The notes below the pieces were generated by a model. The model had not been told where the DNA came from and ran no database searches. It was given only the letters and a program-made list of their open reading frames with translations. A stretch of 37,600 bases of DNA from a virus (Duplodnaviria; Caudoviricetes). The stretch's first letter is position 1. Every line of letters starts with the position of its first letter. Positions 33,389-37,600 of this stretch are shown here, piece by piece. Both the position numbers and the translations under genes were made by a program. The stretch covers positions 1-37,600 of the IMG/VR virus record IMGVR_UViG_3300035665_000120. One strand, 5' to 3'.

Positions 33389-33888
33389 TTCTTGCCCCAG
33401 GTGCGGGTACCAAACCAAAATCCAATAATCCCACCCAACATGGCCATTTCGTCGGGACTAAAAATAATGTCCGAGTACCGCAGCACATCGTCCATGCTTT
33501 TAATCATCCCTGGGTTTGTGTACAGGTAGTAGCACAGGAACAAGTTGATCAGCACCAGTTCAATCACGAAGATGTACGTCACCGTCGGGCGCACAGTGCC
33601 GACGTAGGAGGCAACCCACTTGTGCGCCCTGTCGAGCACCTTCTCGTCGTGTTGCAGCGCGGCCTCGGTCATCTGCGCCTCGGTCTGCATCATGATCTGA
33701 TCAGTGCGGATTTCCTCAATGCGCTGCTGCGCGGCGTACCCTTGAGCCGCCAGAGCCAACTCGCGCTCGTTTTGCATCCGGGCCAAAGCCAACTCGTGCT
33801 TTTGGTCGGCCTTGTTTTGGAAATACTCAAGCAGTTTTGGCAGGCCGGAAATCAGCAAGCCGCCGAGTGTGGAGATAAGTGACAACAT
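33385..33888 (-). CDS. Holin-like membrane protein (3TM-type)
   Basis: N-terminal hydrophobic segment, VRP..TY, IIGFWFG.R; adjacent to the lysozyme. Confidence 0.7.
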   Translation of the reverse strand: MLSLISTLGGLLISGLPKLLEYFQNKADQKHELALARMQNERELALAAQGYAAQQRIEEIRTDQIMMQTEAQMTEAALQHDEKVLDRAHKWVASYVGTVRPTVTYIFVIELVLINLFLCYYLYTNPGMIKSMDDVLRYSDIIFSPDEMAMLGGIIGFWFGTRTWGKK

Positions 33889-33889
33889 A

Positions 33890-34369
33890 CTATTTTCCTT
33901 GTGCCGTGGCTTCCACGATAAACCAAACAGTTGCGCCGATCACGACGAGCACAACCAACGCGCCGATCAAAATAATGAACAACTCGTCCAACTCCTGCTG
34001 CCGTTTCTTCGCGGCTTCTTTCTTACGCCTCGCTGCATGGGCTGCGTCTGCTTCCATCCGCTGCGCCCGAGCCGCAATCCGCATCCAGACATCCATCTTG
34101 TTTGCCTGGAAAAACAGCATCTTGATCTGTTCCTCAAACTGCTTGGCCTGCTCAATGGCCATTTCCAGTTCAAGCGCCTTACCTAACGCGGACCCCTTAA
34201 AACCACCCTCTTGCGACTTCTGGACAACCTCGATGGCGTCGGCTTTGGCATCAAAATATTTACCCAGCACCGGCCCGAGCGAAGTGACATCATCAACCGT
34301 TGCGGCAACTTTTTTAACAAGTTCGACCGCTGACGATATAGCAGCAAGGGCGGTGATCGGGTCGATCAT
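33890..34369 (-). CDS. Hypothetical protein with C-terminal TM (MIDPITALA family)
   Basis: 159 aa, coiled coil plus hydrophobic C-terminus. Confidence 0.75.
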   Translation of the reverse strand: MIDPITALAAISSAVELVKKVAATVDDVTSLGPVLGKYFDAKADAIEVVQKSQEGGFKGSALGKALELEMAIEQAKQFEEQIKMLFFQANKMDVWMRIAARAQRMEADAAHAARRKKEAAKKRQQELDELFIILIGALVVLVVIGATVWFIVEATAQGK

Positions 34370-34389
34370 GATTCATGCTGGAGTGTGTT

Positions 34390-35301
34390 TTACGGGGGCT
34401 GCTCATTGTTGATATTTTGCCAGTTGGAGTTCTGGCTGTCATCTATCCCGGCCCACCCAGGGTTCTGGCTGCTGATGATGTTGACCCAATCGGCGTTTTG
34501 TTCGTTGACAATCGTCACCCAGCCGCCCACCCTAAAGCTTTCGGCCAGGACGGCGTTCTCAACAACGGCCACATTAAACGCTGCCGCCACGGTTTGGATG
34601 TCGTTGCTGTTGAGATTCTCAACCACGCTGCCCAAGAAGCTGACAGTGAAAGCCTCAACCGACTCGACCCCAAAATTCTCAATGACGGTGTCAAAAAACG
34701 CATTAGCGATTGTGACAATGTCCGCAGCCGTCATCCCTTCCGTCACAGCTTGGGCAAACTGCGCGGCGATTGCCTGGAAGTCATCCATCGTCACAGCCTC
34801 AGAGACAGACTCGGCAAACTGAGCGGTGATTGTTGGGGTGTCGTTTAGGGTGCTGGGTTCTGTGATGGCCTGCACAAATGCCGACTGCTGAGTGCTGGCG
34901 TCAGCCACCTCCAAAATGTTTTCCGTGCGGGTCTGGCCAAAGGCAAAGAAGACGTTCTGGGCGTCGGCAAGGTTTGCGTTCTCAGATACCGCCTGGGCAA
35001 ACTGAGCAGAGATGGCTATGGCATCTGCCGGGTTGGAGTTCTCACTGATGGATTGCAAGAACGTCGAGGCTTGGGCGCTGGCGTCAGCGGCTGTGAACGG
35101 TTCATTGATGGTGGCAATAAACAGCGCGTTGCCCGTGATCTCAATGTCGCTCTCGGTGATCGGCTCAGTGATGGATTGCAGGAAGGCGGACACCTGGGTG
35201 CTGGCGTCAGCAAGCGTGATATTTTCCGTCACTGAGTCAACAAAAAGCCGCCCTGCCAGTGAAGCAAAGGGTGTCTGAGCAAAACTGGCAATCCCGAACA
35301 T
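34390..35301 (-). CDS. Acidic virion-associated protein with about 12 x 20-aa repeats
   Basis: MFG...FAQ.PFASL N-terminus; repeat F..[SA][VI].E.....D; Trp-spaced C-terminus. Confidence 0.75.
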   Translation of the reverse strand: MFGIASFAQTPFASLAGRLFVDSVTENITLADASTQVSAFLQSITEPITESDIEITGNALFIATINEPFTAADASAQASTFLQSISENSNPADAIAISAQFAQAVSENANLADAQNVFFAFGQTRTENILEVADASTQQSAFVQAITEPSTLNDTPTITAQFAESVSEAVTMDDFQAIAAQFAQAVTEGMTAADIVTIANAFFDTVIENFGVESVEAFTVSFLGSVVENLNSNDIQTVAAAFNVAVVENAVLAESFRVGGWVTIVNEQNADWVNIISSQNPGWAGIDDSQNSNWQNINNEQPP

Positions 35302-35306
35302 CGAGA

Positions 35307-35537
35307 TTAAGGCATCAGCGCCTTGAGTTGCTCAGGAGTCTGCGCTGCATCCATCTGAGCCTGGAGAGCATAGTACTTGTCACGAATGGCTTGACGAGCG
35401 GCTTCTGCTGCTGTGGAGTTAGCGCCAGGAATCTGCTTCATGATGATTGCGTCATGCGGCTCAAACTCAGCGGAACGAGCAGCACGACGGGCATCGTGGG
35501 CGATAGCCTTCGCTTTTGTCATATTGATCTGGATCAT
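35307..35537 (-). CDS. Tail-fibre-associated small protein, copy B
   Basis: Paralogue of 36230..36463. Confidence 0.8.
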   Translation of the reverse strand: MIQINMTKAKAIAHDARRAARSAEFEPHDAIIMKQIPGANSTAAEAARQAIRDKYYALQAQMDAAQTPEQLKALMP

Positions 35538-35722
35538 GCGTACTCCCAGGCGTTGCGAAACGTGCGATCAGACGGAATGTCAGCGACATCCACGATCTGG
35601 AAGGGTTTGCCTGCCGGAACATCCTTGGCCGCGATCTCATCAATCGTCAGGCCGCACTCGGCAGCAGGCACGATGACGGACACGCCGCCATCGTCGTTGG
35701 GGTAAATGATGCGTTGGTTCAT
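35534..35722 (-). CDS. Tail-fibre assembly-like small protein, copy B
   Basis: Paralogue of 36460..36651 (KDVP.G.P..IVD..DIPSDRTFR.AW). Confidence 0.8.
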   Translation of the reverse strand: MNQRIIYPNDDGGVSVIVPAAECGLTIDEIAAKDVPAGKPFQIVDVADIPSDRTFRNAWEYA

Positions 35723-35734
35723 GATGGCTCCTTG

Positions 35735-36226
35735 TTAACGGAAGACTGCCACGTAAACATCTGCTGTGTCTGTTGACGAATCACCCAGCGTCGCAAAGAC
35801 AGTTACTTTTGTTGTGGCCGGACGATACGCAGTTGTGCTGGTATCACTCGCAAAAACACCGTATCCAACTGAATACGTTGCCTCTTTCCTAATTGTTGTT
35901 GTAAATGCGGCGTAGTTTGCGTCTGGCATCGCGGTAGTGAAGTTCACTGTGTAATTTCCAGACGCATTGTCGGTGATCGAAGTCACGTTACCACTGGCAC
36001 GGATCGCCACTGTACCTGTACCGTTGAAGTTGACCCATGCGCGACAACCGTAGGCAGTGGCAACAGAACCGTAACCAGAGTTGAACTGGAACAAGCCAGC
36101 AGCAGTGATGCTTGCCTGTGTAGTGCCGTTTTGTTGGAAGTTGGTGATGCCATCATTGGCCCCAGAAGTCTTCAAACCTGCTGAACCGGATACAACACCA
36201 TCGTCGCTGTTAATAATTGCGGGCAT
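35735..36226 (-). CDS. Short tail-fibre/receptor-binding-like protein, copy B
   Basis: CRAWVNFNG...NV.SITD..G.YTVN...AMPDANY. Confidence 0.8.
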   Translation of the reverse strand: MPAIINSDDGVVSGSAGLKTSGANDGITNFQQNGTTQASITAAGLFQFNSGYGSVATAYGCRAWVNFNGTGTVAIRASGNVTSITDNASGNYTVNFTTAMPDANYAAFTTTIRKEATYSVGYGVFASDTSTTAYRPATTKVTVFATLGDSSTDTADVYVAVFR

Positions 36227-36229
36227 TTT

Positions 36230-36463
36230 TTACTCCTTGGGCATCAAGGCTTTGAGTTGCTCGGGTGTCTGGGCTGCGTCCATCTGAGCTTGGATGGCCG
36301 TGTACTTGTCACGAATCTTCTGGCGCTCGGCTTCTGCACCGTCTACCTGACCGGGAATTTGTTTGGCAATGGCGTTGTCGAACGGCTCAAACTCAGCGGA
36401 ACGAGCAGCACGGCGCTTGTCATGCGCGATGGCCTTGGCTTTGTCGATGTTGATGATAATCAT
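36230..36463 (-). CDS. Tail-fibre-associated small protein, copy A
   Basis: ATG at 36463 in an ATGA overlap; paralogue of 35307..35537. Confidence 0.8.
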   Translation of the reverse strand: MIIINIDKAKAIAHDKRRAARSAEFEPFDNAIAKQIPGQVDGAEAERQKIRDKYTAIQAQMDAAQTPEQLKALMPKE

Positions 36464-36651
36464 GCCGCATACTCCCAAGCTGCACGGAATGTGCGGTCAG
36501 ACGGAATATCTGCCACATCCACGATTTTGTACGGTTTGCCTGCCGGAACGTCTTTGGCTGCTATTTCTTCGACGCTCAAACCGCATTCGGGCGCAGGCAC
36601 GATGACGGACACGCCGCCTTCGTCGTTGGGGTAGATGATGCGTTGGTTCAT
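36460..36651 (-). CDS. Tail-fibre assembly-like small protein, copy A
   Basis: Paralogue of 35534..35722. Confidence 0.8.
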   Translation of the reverse strand: MNQRIIYPNDEGGVSVIVPAPECGLSVEEIAAKDVPAGKPYKIVDVADIPSDRTFRAAWEYAA

Positions 36652-36660
36652 GGTTGGTCC

Positions 36661-37179
36661 TTAACGGAAGATGGCAATAAATACTTGGCTTGTGTCTTCA
36701 AGCGTATAGGTGTTACCTGTTGTACCGTTATAGCCAGTAATTACGGAAACTGCTGATGTTGATGTAATGCTTGTTGAAATACTTGCATCAGCAGTACTTC
36801 CAACACCCACTCGTGTTCCTGTGACTGCATAATTTGCATCAGGCATTGCAGTCGTAAGGTTTACCGTATAAGTGCCAACACCCCCATCCGTGATGCTCGT
36901 CACGTTGCCAGACGCACGAATCGCTACAGTGCCGGTGCCGTTGAAGTTGACCCATGCACGGCAACCGTAGGCTGTGGCGACAGAGCCATAGCCCGAGTTG
37001 AACTGAAAGTTGCCAGAGGCATCGAACTCACCAACCTGTACACCGCCTTCTGCAAAGCCAATCCTGTCGGCTCCCGGAAAGTAAATACCAGTGTTGGCGT
37101 CAGTCCCCCTGATGGCGGGAGTAGCAGCAGAACCGTCGATGTCAGACAGGCCGTCGGTGCCAGACAAAATTAGTGTCAT
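36661..37179 (-). CDS. Short tail-fibre/receptor-binding-like protein, copy A
   Basis: GSAATPAI.G.D.NTGIYFP N-terminus; 41-aa core identical to copy B. Confidence 0.8.
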   Translation of the reverse strand: MTLILSGTDGLSDIDGSAATPAIRGTDANTGIYFPGADRIGFAEGGVQVGEFDASGNFQFNSGYGSVATAYGCRAWVNFNGTGTVAIRASGNVTSITDGGVGTYTVNLTTAMPDANYAVTGTRVGVGSTADASISTSITSTSAVSVITGYNGTTGNTYTLEDTSQVFIAIFR

Positions 37180-37189
37180 GTGTTACTCC

Positions 37190-37600
37190 TCACTCATAAA
37201 GAATGTTGATTGATCCGGCGTCGAAGGTGTCAGTGCCGTTGACGGTTGTGATGCGGACGCGGTCGAGGGTGCCACCGAGGGTGATCGTCCCCGTGGAAAT
37301 AATGCTGTAGTCAGTGCTGGCGTCTCTAAAAAATGAGCCTGAAGCGTTCCATACATTTGACCCGGTTGTTGTGATAACAAATGGGCCGTAAAGCACATCG
37401 CTTGCAAGTCCATTAACAATTACATAGCCAGTTGTAGCTACGCTTGAGCCAACTGCGCTTGATTGTATGAAACCAGAATGTGAAAGATATCCAGTAGAAA
37501 CAACCCCAGAACTAGTACCAATTTGAAGTTGAATTGAACTAGTCCCGCTCGTGCTCACCCCGTTGAACATCACCGTAATACGCTTCACCCACGATGGGAT
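37190..37600 (-). CDS. Tail-fibre-like protein, 5' end beyond the window
   Basis: IPSWVKRITV...LDRVRITTVNGTDTFDAGSINILYE; frame is open to the window edge. Confidence 0.75.
   Translation of the reverse strand: MPSWVKRITVMFNGVSTSGTSSIQLQIGTSSGVVSTGYLSHSGFIQSSAVGSSVATTGYVIVNGLASDVLYGPFVITTTGSNVWNASGSFFRDASTDYSIISTGTITLGGTLDRVRITTVNGTDTFDAGSINILYE

Larger units (their letters stand above)
35307..37179 (-). repeat. Tandem duplication of a 3-gene tail-fibre module (35307-36226 and 36230-37179)
   Basis: Pairwise protein similarity of all three genes, in the same order. Confidence 0.9.

Noticed and set aside
35735-37179. Diversity-generating retroelement TR/VR pair
   Set aside because: Differences between the repeats are synonymous third-position changes of all base types, not adenine-specific. 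Both copies are coding, and no reverse transcriptase is in the window.
1-37600. Alternative genetic code or intron/intein interruptions
   Set aside because: Core genes are intact at expected lengths under the standard code, all three stop codons are used, and no intein or homing endonuclease motifs were seen.

Overview
This window is about 37.6 kb of a tailed dsDNA phage genome. It looks podovirus-like: there is no tape measure, but there are four large ejection-type proteins and a P22 gp10-like tail/closure protein. The host is probably a Burkholderiales/Betaproteobacterium, inferred from the recurring AGAAAGGA(G/T) ribosome-binding sites. Layout: (1) 1-3.6 kb, minus-strand early cassettes, each with its own promoter, leader hairpin and identical AGAAAGGATAGA RBS (includes a DUF932-like gene and a Cys-rich DUF7227/gp88-like gene). 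(2) 3.7-5.0 kb, VRR-NUC-like nuclease and terminase small subunit. (3) 5.0-5.4 kb, non-coding divergence point with a long inverted repeat (candidate origin). (4) 5.4-10.3 kb, plus-strand chain of small coupled genes. (5) 10.3-19.2 kb, replication module (PolA Leu762 type, UvrD-like helicase, AEP primase, SSB-like protein, SNF2-like helicase, PD-(D/E)xK exonuclease). (6) 19.2-37.6 kb, minus-strand late genes (ferritin-like protein, ejection proteins, tail/closure protein, lysozyme, holin, a 20-aa-repeat protein and a tandemly duplicated 3-gene tail-fibre module). The most notable signals are a loop-E-type structured RNA in front of the primase, the repeated early-cassette architecture, an apparently segment-permuted Cys-motif protein, xxGG motifs in the ejection proteins, and a Fur-box-like site in a phage that also encodes a ferritin-like protein. 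All family names come from motif recognition and memory; no database search was run.
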